From assembly GCA_045637085.1 (NCBI GenBank), contig JAZTYW010000036.1, positions 51,220 through 115,219 of the forward strand: a stretch of DNA of 64,000 nucleotides. The letters run 5' to 3'. The position numbers and the translations under genes are program-made. This DNA is from Alistipes sp. (GTDB lineage Bacteria; Bacteroidota; Bacteroidia; Bacteroidales; Rikenellaceae). Below the pieces are notes generated by a model that saw only the letters and a list, made by a program, of their open reading frames with translations, searched no databases and was not told the origin of the DNA. Positions within the stretch are counted from its first letter, which is position 1; every line of letters begins with the position of its first letter. Shown one piece after another: positions 10,006 to 20,983 of the stretch.

Positions 10006-10547
10006 TGGGTGTGTTCGTACAACTCTTTGTGAGTTACCTTAAGATAGGCTTCTTCGGCTTCGGTGGCGGCTATGCCATGCTCTCGCTCATACATAGCGAG
10101 ATTGTGGAGCGCAATGCGTGGCTCACGAATGCCGAGTTTGCCGACATCGTAGCGGTGTCGCAGATGACCCCAGGACCTATCGCCATCAACTCCGCAACCT
10201 ATATCGGCTATGAGGTTGCAGGTGTGTGGGGCTCTATAGTGGCTACGGTTGCGGTGTGCCTCCCCGCGCTTACAATCATGATGCTTATCACGCGCTTCTT
10301 TTTGAAACTCCACGACAATCTCTATGTCAAGAGTGTTGTGGGTGGTATGAAGCCCGTTGTTGTGGGCATGATTATCTCTGCGGCGTTGCTGCTTATCTTC
10401 CCCCACTCGGCTGATGGTCGCAGCTTTATCGACGGCTGGAGCTGGGTGATTTTCGCCGTTGTGCTCGGTGCCTCGGCGCGCAAGGTAAACCCCATACTGC
10501 TCATCGTGTTGTCGGGCGTTGCGGGTGTATTAATTTATGGAATGTAA
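10002..10547 (+). CDS. chrA: Short-chain chromate transporter, subunit 2
   Basis: KIGFFGFGGGYAM, SQMTPGPIAINSATYIG; ATG overlaps the upstream stop (ATGA). Confidence 0.88.
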   Translation: MMGVFVQLFVSYLKIGFFGFGGGYAMLSLIHSEIVERNAWLTNAEFADIVAVSQMTPGPIAINSATYIGYEVAGVWGSIVATVAVCLPALTIMMLITRFFLKLHDNLYVKSVVGGMKPVVVGMIISAALLLIFPHSADGRSFIDGWSWVIFAVVLGASARKVNPILLIVLSGVAGVLIYGM

Positions 10548-10555
10548 ATACTACT

Positions 10556-12955
10556 ATGAATCAAGATAATAACATATTGGAGGGTTTGAGTTCGGTGCAG
10601 CGCGACGCTGTTGTCAACTACGATGGCCCCACGCTCATCATTGCGGGTGCTGGCTCGGGTAAGACGCGCGTACTGACCACGCGTATCGCCTATATGCTCT
10701 CGCAGGGCGTAGACCCCTCATCCATCCTTGCTCTTACGTTTACCAACAAGGCGGCACGCGAGATGCGCGAGCGTATCGAGAAGTTGGTTGGACCCAAGGC
10801 GCGCTTCATCCGCATGGGTACCTTCCACTCGGTCTTTGCCCGCCTGTTGAGGGAGAATGCCGAGCGCATAGGCTACACGTCAAGCTACACCATCTACGAG
10901 CCGAGCGATGTCAAGAACCTTATCAAGGCTATCATCAAGGATAAGAACCTCAACGAGGAGCGCTACAAGCCGCAGAATGTCGCGGCTCGCATCTCGATGG
11001 CGAAGAACTGCCTCATAACCCCTGGTGCTTACATTGCCAATGCCACTATTGTCGCTGAGGACCGCGAGGCCAAGATGCCCGAGATTGGCGACATATACAA
11101 CGAATACTGCATACGCTGCAAGCGCAATGGCGCTATGGACTTCGACGATCTGCTGTTGCAGACCAACATCCTTTTGCGCGACGCCCCCGATGTACTGGAG
11201 CAGTATCAAGACAAATTTAAATACCTCTTGGTTGACGAGTATCAGGATACCAACATGGCGCAGTATATCATCGTGCGCCGCTTGGCGTTGAAGCACTCGA
11301 ATGTCTGCGTTGTGGGTGACGATGCGCAGAGCATCTACGCATTCCGTGGTGCAAAGATTGAGAATATCCTATCGTTCCAGAGGGACTATCCCTCTGCCAA
11401 GGTGTATAAATTGGAGCAGAACTATCGCTCTACGCAGACCATCGTCGAGGCGGCAAACTCGCTCATCAAGAACAACTCACGCCGTCTGGATAAGAAGTGC
11501 TTCTCGGCAGCGGCTATGGGTGATAAAATATCGCTTGTCCGCGTGTTGGAGGATAGCTACGAGCCTGTTGAGGTGGCTATGGACATCAAGAACAAGGCGC
11601 GTGAGGGAGCCCAGTGGAGCGACTTCGCAATTCTCTACCGCACCAACAAGCAGCACGGTCTCTTTGAGTCGGCACTCGCCCGTAGGGGTATCCCTTATCG
11701 AGTTTATAAGGGCATGTCGCTGTTGGAGCATAAGGATGTCCGTAATCTCATTGCCTACTTCAGTGTCATTCTCAATCCCAACGACGACGAGTCGTTCAAG
11801 CGCATCGTGAACTACCCTGCGCGAGGTATTGGTGACACCACCATCGCCCGCATCGCGGAGATTGCCGCGCAAAAGGGTACGTCTATGTGGCACGCCGTGC
11901 ATGAGCTTGTATCATCTGCCGCGCCCATGGAGCAGGTTGAAAAGGTCGTGGTACGCAAGGTTGGCGACTTTGTGCGTCTTATCAACGAGCTCTCGGCACT
12001 GCGCACTGAGATGGGTGTATGCAACTTCGCCAAGGAGGTTATGGCGCGTTCGGGAATTCTGCACGCTCTTGAGGCGGAGAAGAAGCCCGAGAACGACACG
12101 GCAAAAGATTATCTCGACCAGCTCCTTGCTATGATGAGTTCGTATGAGGATGAGTGCAACCGCGAGATGGAGGATGGCCTGCGTGAGGAGAATTACACGC
12201 CCTCGATTGATGAGTGGATGCAGAATATGATGCTTCAAAACGACCAGGACACCGAGGATGACGGCAACAAGGTTACGCTTATGACCGTGCACTCGGCAAA
12301 GGGCTTGGAGTATGACTATGTATATATCGTGGGTATGGAGGAGAGCCTCTTTCCCTCGAGTCGTTCGGCAGAGTCGTTGGCCGACCTTGAGGAGGAGCGC
12401 CGATTGATGTATGTAGCCATCACACGCGCCAAGAAGGGTCTTATGCTCACCTTCTCGGAGATGCGACGTGTGTGGGGTAAGACAGAGAACACATCGCCCA
12501 GCCGCTTCCTTAAGGAGATAGACTCAGAATACCTCGAGGCCAACTTCGACATCGAGGAGCTCTCGGGTCGTAATCGCTGGGAGCGTGCCCTTGGCGATAG
12601 TGAGGGCGCACGCCCCAAGTTCGAGTCGCTCAAGAGCCGCTATGGTGGAGGTAATGCCCGCCCAGGTGGTGCAGGTCGCAGTGAGCGTCCCCGCCCTGAG
12701 GTTGTAAACACGCCACCTCCAATCGATCCTGCTCGTGCAGGCATGCGCTCTGTGGGTGTGCATCGTGATGGCGCGGCATCGACGCTCGGCGACTGTGCCT
12801 ATAAGGTTGGTGACCGCGTGTTACACCCCAAGTTTGGCGCCGGCAGGGTGGAGCACATAGAGCCCCTTACAACCGACCACAAGGTATCTATCATGTTCGA
12901 TACCTATGGCTCGAAGACTCTGCTTGCAAATTTTGCTAAACTTACTAAATTGTAG
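10556..12955 (+). CDS. pcrA: ATP-dependent DNA helicase PcrA/UvrD
   Basis: AGAGSGKT, LTFTNKAAREM, VDEYQDTN, VGDDAQSIYAFRGA, LEQNYRS, TVHSAKGLE, EERRLMYVAITRA, C-terminal Tudor-like VLHPKFG. Confidence 0.95.
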   Translation: MNQDNNILEGLSSVQRDAVVNYDGPTLIIAGAGSGKTRVLTTRIAYMLSQGVDPSSILALTFTNKAAREMRERIEKLVGPKARFIRMGTFHSVFARLLRENAERIGYTSSYTIYEPSDVKNLIKAIIKDKNLNEERYKPQNVAARISMAKNCLITPGAYIANATIVAEDREAKMPEIGDIYNEYCIRCKRNGAMDFDDLLLQTNILLRDAPDVLEQYQDKFKYLLVDEYQDTNMAQYIIVRRLALKHSNVCVVGDDAQSIYAFRGAKIENILSFQRDYPSAKVYKLEQNYRSTQTIVEAANSLIKNNSRRLDKKCFSAAAMGDKISLVRVLEDSYEPVEVAMDIKNKAREGAQWSDFAILYRTNKQHGLFESALARRGIPYRVYKGMSLLEHKDVRNLIAYFSVILNPNDDESFKRIVNYPARGIGDTTIARIAEIAAQKGTSMWHAVHELVSSAAPMEQVEKVVVRKVGDFVRLINELSALRTEMGVCNFAKEVMARSGILHALEAEKKPENDTAKDYLDQLLAMMSSYEDECNREMEDGLREENYTPSIDEWMQNMMLQNDQDTEDDGNKVTLMTVHSAKGLEYDYVYIVGMEESLFPSSRSAESLADLEEERRLMYVAITRAKKGLMLTFSEMRRVWGKTENTSPSRFLKEIDSEYLEANFDIEELSGRNRWERALGDSEGARPKFESLKSRYGGGNARPGGAGRSERPRPEVVNTPPPIDPARAGMRSVGVHRDGAASTLGDCAYKVGDRVLHPKFGAGRVEHIEPLTTDHKVSIMFDTYGSKTLLANFAKLTKL

Positions 12956-12961
12956 TGTGTT

Positions 12962-13897
12962 ATGCGTGAGGTGATGCTTTCGGTGGTCATGACCACCTAC
13001 AACCATGAACGATATATCGCCACGGCGATAGAGAGCGTGCTGCGTCAGCAGACCGACTTCCCCGTTGAGATTGTCATTGGCGAGGATTGCAGCACCGACC
13101 GCACGCTCAACATCGTGCTGGATTACCAGTCGCAGTACCCCGAGGCGATACGCATTGTTCGCTCGGAGAGCAATGTGGGCTGGCGAGAGAACTATCGTCG
13201 AACCATTGCTGCGGCGCATGGTCGCTACATAGCCATGCTCGATGGCGACGACTACTTCACCCACCGCAAGAAGTTGCAGATGCAGGTAGACCTCCTGGAG
13301 GCTAACCCCGATGTCGGCATGTGCTATGGTCGCTCGGAGCGTGTGGACGAAAATGGCACTACCACAATATACCCTGAGGGAGATTGTGTGACTACTTTTG
13401 AGGATATGTTGAGGCGTAATCCTGCGGAGAACTGCACCGTCGTGGCACGCAAGGAGCTTGTTGAGCGATACTACGAGGAGATACGCCCTGCGGAGCACCC
13501 CGAGTGGCTGACGGATGATCTGCCTATGTGGCTATGGTTTGCTGCAAATAGCCGCTATATGGCAATAGACTGCCCAATGTCGGTACACCGTGTGCTTACA
13601 TACAGCGTGAGCCACAACCCCGACTACCGCAAAAAGATGGAGTTTGTGGATTCGCTATACAATATCAGCCTCTGGTACGACGAGCGATACAACGACTCGA
13701 AGATGCGCAATGAGCTGCTCACCACGAAGCATAACACCGCGCTATGGGTATTGTCCTATAATGGTGGTGTGGGTGAGTACATCAGGCGTTGGAGAAGAGA
13801 TGTCAAGGAGTATCAGCCATTAGTGAAAAATATAGCCTCATACGGACTATTTGCGAAGAAGATATTTTGGCGTATGTGGCGCAAAACAAAGCGATAG
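12962..13897 (+). CDS. Glycosyltransferase family 2
   Basis: SVVMTTYNHE, EDCSTD, LDGDD (DxD) motifs. Confidence 0.88.
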   Translation: MREVMLSVVMTTYNHERYIATAIESVLRQQTDFPVEIVIGEDCSTDRTLNIVLDYQSQYPEAIRIVRSESNVGWRENYRRTIAAAHGRYIAMLDGDDYFTHRKKLQMQVDLLEANPDVGMCYGRSERVDENGTTTIYPEGDCVTTFEDMLRRNPAENCTVVARKELVERYYEEIRPAEHPEWLTDDLPMWLWFAANSRYMAIDCPMSVHRVLTYSVSHNPDYRKKMEFVDSLYNISLWYDERYNDSKMRNELLTTKHNTALWVLSYNGGVGEYIRRWRRDVKEYQPLVKNIASYGLFAKKIFWRMWRKTKR

Positions 13898-13899
13898 CA

Positions 13900-14547
13900 A
13901 TGACTACAAAGGAGCGATATAGAGGTGTTGTGGAGTATTTCTCTGTGGCTATGCCCACGGCGGAGAGCGAGCTCGACTTTCGAAATCCGTTTGAGCTGCT
14001 CGTGGCCGTTGTGCTCTCGGCACAGTGCACCGACAAGCGAGTCAACCTCACTACACCCGCACTGTTTGAGGCTTATCCCAATGCCGAGGCGATGTCGAAG
14101 GCTACGGCAGAGGAGATATACGAGTATATAAAGAGCATATCGTACCCCAACAATAAGGCGAAGCACCTTGCCGCCCTCTCGCGTCAGATAGTGGAGCGGT
14201 TTGGTGGCGAAGTGCCCACCGACCCCGATGACCTGCAATCGTTGCAGGGCGTAGGACGCAAGACTGCAAATGTTGTGGGTGCTGTGCTGTGGGGCAGGGA
14301 GGTTATGCCTGTCGATACCCACGTCTTTCGTGTTGCGGCGCGCATAGGCCTCAGCCGTAATGCCAAGACTCCACTGGCCACGGAGCGTCAGTTGGAGAAG
14401 GGCTTTCCCAGTGAGTTGCTACCCATAGCGCACCACTGGCTAATTCTCCATGGTCGTTATGTATGTATGGCGCGTAAGCCCAAGTGTGAGGCGTGTGGCA
14501 TAACCGAGTATTGCAAATATTTCAATGACAATAGAGTAATAAAGTGA
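13900..14547 (+). CDS. nth: Endonuclease III
   Basis: LSAQCTDKRVN, HhH LQGVGRKTAN, VDTHV, C-terminal CxxxxxxCxxCxxxxxC 4Fe-4S motif; start MTTKER. Confidence 0.95.
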   Translation: MTTKERYRGVVEYFSVAMPTAESELDFRNPFELLVAVVLSAQCTDKRVNLTTPALFEAYPNAEAMSKATAEEIYEYIKSISYPNNKAKHLAALSRQIVERFGGEVPTDPDDLQSLQGVGRKTANVVGAVLWGREVMPVDTHVFRVAARIGLSRNAKTPLATERQLEKGFPSELLPIAHHWLILHGRYVCMARKPKCEACGITEYCKYFNDNRVIK

Positions 14548-14548
14548 T

Positions 14549-15979
14549 ATGAAACGAATTATTTTTATACTTTTAGCTGTGCTTGTTGTGGCGTGTACTT
14601 CGCCCTCATATCCAGGTGTTGATTATCCAAGTTTCAGTCAGAACACACAGGTGGACAAGGATATTATAGCCTATATTGACCAGCGTCTTGAGCAGGAGTA
14701 CTACTGGCTCGATGAGGTCAAACAGAAGAGCTATCTATTCGACCGAGAGTATAAAAAGTGGAACGAGTATCTCGCTTCGTCACTCAATATGCTTGAAACA
14801 AATATGGATGATGGCTATGTGAATGATAATGGCCGACGCTCGTTCTATTCATATATTACAGAGTATCAAACATCTACGCGAGCTGAGATGTCAGGACTCG
14901 GTATTGTTCTTCACTATACGGTAGTTTTCGGCAATAGCGAAAAGAGCTACTACTATTTTATTGTCGATCATGTATATCCAGATTCTCCTGCCGACAAAGC
15001 GGGCATTAAGCGCGGTGATTTGGTTACAAAGGTGGATGGTGGCTATATAACAGACAAGAACTACGCGGGTCATTTTACAGCAATACAGGCCAACACCAAG
15101 CAGAACATGAAGCTATCCCTCAAGCGCCAGACAACAAAGGAGAGTTTCGATGTTACTCTTGACAAGTCATCCTACGATGCAAACCCCGTGGCTTATAGCA
15201 AGGTGATAGATGCAGGAGGTAAGAAGATAGGCTACCTCGCCTACATAAGTTTTGATTATGAGTATGATGAGAAGCTGCTCAGCGCACTTCAGACGCTTGC
15301 CGCGGAGGGTGCTCAGGAGGTGGTGCTCGACCTCAGAATAAATCGCGGTGGCTCGGTAAACTCTGCCGTTGTGCTATGCTCGGCACTTATGCCTCAGCGC
15401 CTTGAGGGTGGTGTCTTCTGTAGGCTGGAGCGCAACCCCAATAATATGAGAACGCAGCAGTCGTCTGTATATAACCTTACGGAGACGGGTTCTGTCTTTA
15501 GCCTCGACAAGCTGACGGTGATATGCTCGAACTATTCGGCCTCTGCCTCGGAGCTTGTGGTGATGGGTCTGCGCGGTCTTGATGTGCCTGTGACGCTAAT
15601 CGGTTCACAGACCGAGGGTAAGAACTGCGGTATGGATGTAACACGCAAAAATATCAGTGGCAAATATATCGAGTTTGCACCCATCACGTTTATGTGTTTC
15701 GACGCCAAAGGTTGTGGTGATTGGGGCGAGGGTATAGTGCCTGATGTAAATCTCAATGATGAGAATAATAGATATGGTCTTCACGATGATAACTATCCCA
15801 TGCCACGTTGCGATTGGGGCGATGTGCAGAATGACCTTGCTCTCAAGGTTGCCATAGCATCTATCACGGGTGTGGAGCCTGCAACAACGCGACAGGCCGA
15901 GACCCCAGCGGTGTTTGAGACTATCGCCATGGATTATCCCGTGTTGGGCATCCGTCATTATGCTTTCGAGGCGGAATAA
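14549..15979 (+). CDS. S41 family peptidase lipoprotein with PDZ domain
   Basis: Lipobox VVAC, PDZ SPADKAGIKRGD, LDLRINRGG, SASASE, IGSQTEGK. Confidence 0.88.
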   Translation: MKRIIFILLAVLVVACTSPSYPGVDYPSFSQNTQVDKDIIAYIDQRLEQEYYWLDEVKQKSYLFDREYKKWNEYLASSLNMLETNMDDGYVNDNGRRSFYSYITEYQTSTRAEMSGLGIVLHYTVVFGNSEKSYYYFIVDHVYPDSPADKAGIKRGDLVTKVDGGYITDKNYAGHFTAIQANTKQNMKLSLKRQTTKESFDVTLDKSSYDANPVAYSKVIDAGGKKIGYLAYISFDYEYDEKLLSALQTLAAEGAQEVVLDLRINRGGSVNSAVVLCSALMPQRLEGGVFCRLERNPNNMRTQQSSVYNLTETGSVFSLDKLTVICSNYSASASELVVMGLRGLDVPVTLIGSQTEGKNCGMDVTRKNISGKYIEFAPITFMCFDAKGCGDWGEGIVPDVNLNDENNRYGLHDDNYPMPRCDWGDVQNDLALKVAIASITGVEPATTRQAETPAVFETIAMDYPVLGIRHYAFEAE

Positions 15980-16080
15980 TTACAATAAATTTTATAACTT
16001 TGCAATATTTGGAGTGTAGACTGCGTTTTGGTCATACACAAACTATCAATGTTTGAGAATTTAAAACAAGACATAATACA

Positions 16081-17079
16081 ATGAACGAAGTAGTTAATAT
16101 CAAAGAACTCAATGCTCAGATTCAGGAGGAGTCGATATTCGTTGACACCTTGCGCAAGGAGATTTCGCGTGTAATCATCGGTCAGCAGCACCTCGTAGAT
16201 ACGTTGCTCATCGGTCTTTTGTCTGATGGTCACATCTTGTTGGAGGGTGTGCCAGGTTTGGCTAAGACATTGGCTATCACCACGCTCTCAAAGGCCGTAG
16301 ATGCCAAGTTCGCGCGTATTCAGTTTACTCCCGACTTGCTCCCCGCCGACCTTATCGGTACGCTCATCTACTCGCAGCGTAATGAGGAGTTCTCTGTAAA
16401 GCGTGGTCCTATTTTTGCCAACTTCATCCTCGCAGATGAGATCAACCGTTCGCCTGCGAAGGTGCAGTCAGCGCTTTTGGAGGCTATGCAGGAGAAGCAG
16501 GTGACAATTGGTGATACGACATATCCTCTTCCTCAGCCCTTCCTTGTGTTGGCAACGCAGAACCCCTTGGAGCAGGAGGGTACATACCCATTGCCCGAGG
16601 CGCAGGTGGACCGTTTCATGCTCAAGGCTAAGATATCGTACCCCAAGCGTACTGAGGAGTTGGAGATTGTGCGTCTTAACATCTCTGGTGCCGGCATGCC
16701 TGAGATTAGCAAGGTGGTGTCGCCCGAGGATATTATGCGCGCCCGTGAGATTGTCGGCAAAGTATACATGGACGAGAAGATAGAGAAGTATATTATAGAT
16801 ATCATCTTCGCCACACGCGAGCCTGCGGAGTACCACTTGGGTCATCTTCAGTCGCTCATCGCCTATGGTGGCTCACCTCGTGCCTCTATCGCTTTGGCAA
16901 AGGCAGCGCGTGCTTACGCCTTCATCCAGCGTCGCGGTTATGTCATCCCAGAGGATGTGCGCGCCGTGTGCCACGATGTATTGCGCCACCGCATAGGTCT
17001 TACTTACGAGGCGGAGGCTAACAACATCACCTCAGAGCAGATTATTACCGATATTCTCAACAACGTTATTGTACCCTAA
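16081..17079 (+). CDS. moxR: MoxR family AAA+ ATPase
   Basis: LEGVPGLAKT, RIQFTPDLLPAD, ADEINR, ATQNPLEQEGTYPLPEAQVDRF; -7 box TAACTTTG at 15995-16002. Confidence 0.95.
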   Translation: MNEVVNIKELNAQIQEESIFVDTLRKEISRVIIGQQHLVDTLLIGLLSDGHILLEGVPGLAKTLAITTLSKAVDAKFARIQFTPDLLPADLIGTLIYSQRNEEFSVKRGPIFANFILADEINRSPAKVQSALLEAMQEKQVTIGDTTYPLPQPFLVLATQNPLEQEGTYPLPEAQVDRFMLKAKISYPKRTEELEIVRLNISGAGMPEISKVVSPEDIMRAREIVGKVYMDEKIEKYIIDIIFATREPAEYHLGHLQSLIAYGGSPRASIALAKAARAYAFIQRRGYVIPEDVRAVCHDVLRHRIGLTYEAEANNITSEQIITDILNNVIVP

Positions 17080-17963
17080 TGCACCTTACCGAGCAAGACA
17101 TACTCAAGCGCGTACGCCAAATTGAGATCAAGACGCGCGGACTCTCCGACGATATCTTCGCGGGTAAGTACCACTCTGCCTTCCGTGGTCGTGGTATGTC
17201 GTTCGCGGAGGTGAGGGAGTATCGCATTGGCGATGATGTGCGCGATATCGACTGGAACGTCACAGCACGCTCGGAACGCACCCATGTAAAGGTCTTTGAG
17301 GAGGAGCGCGAGCTTACGATGATGCTTATTGTGGATGTCTCGCCCTCGCGAATGTTCGGCTCGAAGGAGCTCACAAAGAAGAATGTAATCACGGAGATTG
17401 CAGCGACATTGGCCTTCTCTGCCGCGAAGAACAACGACAAGATTGGTTGTATACTCTTCTCTGACAGGGTCGAGAAGTTCATCCCTCCGAAGAAGGGTCG
17501 TGCTCATGTCATGATGATTATCCGCGAGCTTGTCGGCTTCGAGCCTACGGGCACATCCACCAATATCTCAGAGGCCTTACGCTATCTTGTGGGTGTAAAC
17601 AAGAAGCGTGCAACGTGCTTCCTGCTCTCCGATCTTATCAATGCCGAGGGCGATATGACAAAACTTGATGATGCACTGAAGATTGCATCGTCGAAGCACG
17701 ATATCATGGCCATCAAGGTCTATGATGAGCGTGATGGTGAGTTACCCAATGTGGGTATCGTTGAGGTACAGGATGCCGAGACGGGTCGCAAAGAGTGGCT
17801 CGATACCTCGTCGCGCAGCGTGCGCCGCTTCTGGAAGGAGACCCATGAGGAGCGCAATGCCGTGATGAAGTCGCTCATGCAGCAAAATCGTATCGACGTG
17901 GCAGAGGTTGCTACGGGCGAGGATTATGTTGTGGAGCTTATAAAGATGTTTAAGCAACGATGA
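17079..17963 (+). CDS. DUF58 family vWA-like protein
   Basis: GRGMSFAEVREY..GDDVRDIDWNVTAR, FEEERE, VDVSPS; directly follows moxR. Confidence 0.9.
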   Translation: MHLTEQDILKRVRQIEIKTRGLSDDIFAGKYHSAFRGRGMSFAEVREYRIGDDVRDIDWNVTARSERTHVKVFEEERELTMMLIVDVSPSRMFGSKELTKKNVITEIAATLAFSAAKNNDKIGCILFSDRVEKFIPPKKGRAHVMMIIRELVGFEPTGTSTNISEALRYLVGVNKKRATCFLLSDLINAEGDMTKLDDALKIASSKHDIMAIKVYDERDGELPNVGIVEVQDAETGRKEWLDTSSRSVRRFWKETHEERNAVMKSLMQQNRIDVAEVATGEDYVVELIKMFKQR

Positions 17964-19108
17964 AACAACGACTTATAAATAGCTTGAGGGTAGTGCTTAT
18001 GGCGGTTGCCATGGTTGTGGCGTGTGGCGTGGATGCTTCGGCGCAGCGACCCATAGTGAGTGGTGCCCTATCAAGGGATAGCATCGAGGTGGGTGACCAG
18101 TTCGACTATACGATTGATGTGGAGGTGGATAGAGCAACGCTATGGGCTCCTCCATACTATGGCAAGATGCTCTCTAAGGAGCAGCGTGACAGCCTCAATC
18201 GTGCGAAGTTGTCGATGTCCACATATACCGACTACAACGAAGATGTGTTTGAGGTTATCAAGGACTATCCTATCGACACGCTTAAGGTGAACGAGCGTCG
18301 TTTGCACCTTCGCAAGCGTTATCGCATGGCGGCAATGGAGACGGGTGAAATACCCATCGTTCCCGTGATTATCTACTTCGAGAAGAATCGCGATGTGCCC
18401 GATACGCTCTTTGCGCATGATACGTTGCGCCTCAATGTCAAGAGCTACGAGGAGCTTGACACCACACTCTTTATGACGTTTGACCCTGTGACAAGTGGTC
18501 TGAAGGTCGACAGCCTCGCGGCGCGCGAGAAGTTGCGCGATGTGGGACTCTTTACGCAGAAGGACCTGCCATTTATCTTTGCCGAGATCAAGGATTATGT
18601 AACCTACGGCGCTATCGCATTGATTATCTTTGGTCTGTTGATGTGGCTGATCGTATGGTTGATTATTCGTCACATGCGTAGCCGCAGTGTGATGCCACGT
18701 CCTGCACCAAAGATTCCACCACACGTTGTGGCTAACAAGGCTCTTGTGGAGTTGGGACACCGCAAGTTGTGGCAGAAGGGCAAGGTCAAGGCCTACTACA
18801 CAGCGCTGACATCTATTTTGCGTACCTATATCTCGGGACGATGGGATGTTGGTGCGCTGGAGATGACTTCGGATGAGATTATAGCAGCTCTGCGCGATGT
18901 GGAGATGCCAACAGCAAGCCGCACAGACCTTATCACAATCCTCCGCACCGCCGACATGGTTAAGTTTGCAAAGGCTGAGCCCGAGGCTGAGGAGAATGAG
19001 GAGTCTATCAATCGTGCGCTCTACTTCGTGGAGAATACGAAGCTTGTGGATGGTGAGCGCTACGAGGGTAAGCATGATATAAATATCGAGACAAACATTG
19101 AAGACTGA
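17960..19108 (+). CDS. Bat-operon-associated membrane-anchored protein
   Basis: Signal peptide, one TM helix, C-terminal YY..L..ILRTYI, ALEMTSDE, ADMVKFAK, typical of the gene after DUF58 in Bacteroidetes bat operons. Confidence 0.75.
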   Translation: MKQRLINSLRVVLMAVAMVVACGVDASAQRPIVSGALSRDSIEVGDQFDYTIDVEVDRATLWAPPYYGKMLSKEQRDSLNRAKLSMSTYTDYNEDVFEVIKDYPIDTLKVNERRLHLRKRYRMAAMETGEIPIVPVIIYFEKNRDVPDTLFAHDTLRLNVKSYEELDTTLFMTFDPVTSGLKVDSLAAREKLRDVGLFTQKDLPFIFAEIKDYVTYGAIALIIFGLLMWLIVWLIIRHMRSRSVMPRPAPKIPPHVVANKALVELGHRKLWQKGKVKAYYTALTSILRTYISGRWDVGALEMTSDEIIAALRDVEMPTASRTDLITILRTADMVKFAKAEPEAEENEESINRALYFVENTKLVDGERYEGKHDINIETNIED

Positions 19109-19995
19109 TGAGACTATATCGCTACATATATACCGCACTATGCCTTATGCTTCTCTGCGTTGCCATGCCTGAGAGAGCTGTGGCGCAGTACCACAAGGAG
19201 CGAGCCCTGGTACGTGAGGGTAACGAGCAGTTCGACAAGCGCAACTATCGTAGCAGTTACAATCGCTACAACGAGGCTCTCGACCACGACTCGACAAGCT
19301 ATGAGGCGCTCTACAATCGTGCCAATGCCTTCTATCAGTACAAGACCAACACGCCCGAGGATGAGTCGCTGGACTATAAGACCTCGAACGTATATTACGA
19401 ACAGATTGCAGCCGACACCCTGCTTACGGATATGCAGCGTGCCGAGATATACAGAAACCTCGGCGAGAGCCTCTTTACACAGCAACAGTATGAGGCAGCA
19501 CTCAATTCGTTCCGCGAGTCGTTGCGTATGAATCCCGACGACAAGGAGGTCAAGTATAACTATGTGCTTACCAAGCGTATTGTGGATCAGAAGCGTGCGA
19601 TGCAGCAACAGCAGCAACAGCAGAATCAGGATCAGCAGCAGAACCAGGATCAGAACCAAAATCAGGATGGTGGGGGAGAGAATAACCAGAACAACGAAAA
19701 CCCCAATCAGAATGATAATAATGGTGGTGATAACAACCAGAATAACCAAAATAATCAGAACAATCAGGGCGAAAACGACCAGAATGACCAGCAGAACGAC
19801 CAGCAGAATGGCGGCAACGACAATAGGGACGACCAGCGCGACGACCAGCAACAGAATGGCAATCCCCAGCCGCAGGAGTTAAGTCGTGAGAAGGAGCGTA
19901 TGCTCGATGCTATTCAAGCGCAGGAGGATAAGACACAGGATAAGCTCAACGAGGGTAAAAAGGCCGTTGTAATCCCAGGAAAGAAGAATTGGTAG
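19108..19995 (+). CDS. batC: BatC TPR protein with Q/N/D-rich linker
   Basis: REGN..F...Y and YNRANAFY TPR helices, NPDDKEVKYN, low-complexity Q/N linker, C-terminal KNW. Confidence 0.8.
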   Translation: MRLYRYIYTALCLMLLCVAMPERAVAQYHKERALVREGNEQFDKRNYRSSYNRYNEALDHDSTSYEALYNRANAFYQYKTNTPEDESLDYKTSNVYYEQIAADTLLTDMQRAEIYRNLGESLFTQQQYEAALNSFRESLRMNPDDKEVKYNYVLTKRIVDQKRAMQQQQQQQNQDQQQNQDQNQNQDGGGENNQNNENPNQNDNNGGDNNQNNQNNQNNQGENDQNDQQNDQQNGGNDNRDDQRDDQQQNGNPQPQELSREKERMLDAIQAQEDKTQDKLNEGKKAVVIPGKKNW

Positions 19996-19996
19996 T

Positions 19997-20977
19997 ATGA
20001 CATTTTTGTATTCACATATATTGTGGTTGGCCATAATAGTGCCGCTTATAGCAGCCTACTACATCTTTGTGGCACGACGTGAGGCTGCACTCACCGTATC
20101 GGCCATAGGTGGCAGACGTGTGCCCCGCACATTGCGCTATTGGTTGCGACCACTGCCCATCGTGTTGCGTCTTGCAGCATTGGTGATGTTCATAATCGCC
20201 TTGGCGCGCCCCGTGAATGTCACCAACGAGAGCGAGGCTACGGCAGAGGGTATCGACATCGTGTTGTCGATGGATATCTCGGGTACGATGCTTGCGCGCG
20301 ACTTCAAGCCCGACCGTCTTACGGCAGCAAAGCGCCTCGCCGCCGAGTTTGTGGCGGAGCGTCGTGGAGACCGCATCGCCGTTGTGGCATTTGCTGGTGA
20401 GGCCTTCACGCAGGCACCATTGACATCCGATCAGGCGACTGTCGAGACTATGCTTTCGCGCCTGCGCAGCGGCGTGGTGGAAGATGGCACGGCCATAGGT
20501 AATGGTCTGGCTACGGCAATAAACCGTTTGCGCGAGAGTAGTGCAAAGTCGAAGGTCATCATCCTCCTTACGGATGGTGTCAACAACCGAGGTCAGATAT
20601 CGCCAATCATGGCGGCGGAGATAGCGCGTGATATGGGTGTTAAGGTCTATACCATTGGTGTCGGTACGCGTGGTCGTGCGCCATATCCCGCAGTCGATAT
20701 GTTCGGCAATCAGACTACTGTGATGGCCGATGTGGAGATTGATGAGGAGTTGCTCGAGGAGATCGCCTCGATGACAGGAGGTAAGTACTATCGCGCTGTC
20801 AACGACGAGGCTCTGCGTGAGATATATGCCGAGATTAACACGCTCGAGAAGAGCAAGGTGCAGGTTACGCACTATCAGACCTACGAGGAGTTGTTCCTGA
20901 TGTGGGTGGTGCTGGGTCTCTTGCTGCTGGCAGTGGAGTTTGTTGTGGATAAGTGGATACTCAACCGCTTGCCTTAA
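19997..20977 (+). CDS. batA: BatA vWA domain membrane protein
   Basis: ALARP, MIDAS DISGTM, DFKPDRL, GTAIGNGLATA, LLTDGVNN. Confidence 0.88.
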   Translation: MTFLYSHILWLAIIVPLIAAYYIFVARREAALTVSAIGGRRVPRTLRYWLRPLPIVLRLAALVMFIIALARPVNVTNESEATAEGIDIVLSMDISGTMLARDFKPDRLTAAKRLAAEFVAERRGDRIAVVAFAGEAFTQAPLTSDQATVETMLSRLRSGVVEDGTAIGNGLATAINRLRESSAKSKVIILLTDGVNNRGQISPIMAAEIARDMGVKVYTIGVGTRGRAPYPAVDMFGNQTTVMADVEIDEELLEEIASMTGGKYYRAVNDEALREIYAEINTLEKSKVQVTHYQTYEELFLMWVVLGLLLLAVEFVVDKWILNRLP

Positions 20978-20983
20978 AATTTG

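Noticed and set aside
9463-10547. Split chromate transporter as a possible frameshifted pseudogene
   Set aside because: Paired short-chain CHR genes are a normal arrangement; both halves have intact motifs and a coupled ATGA junction
19600-19880. Q/N/D-rich low-complexity repeats (CAGAAC-like)
   Set aside because: Normal coding linker of BatC, not a CRISPR array or independent repeat locus
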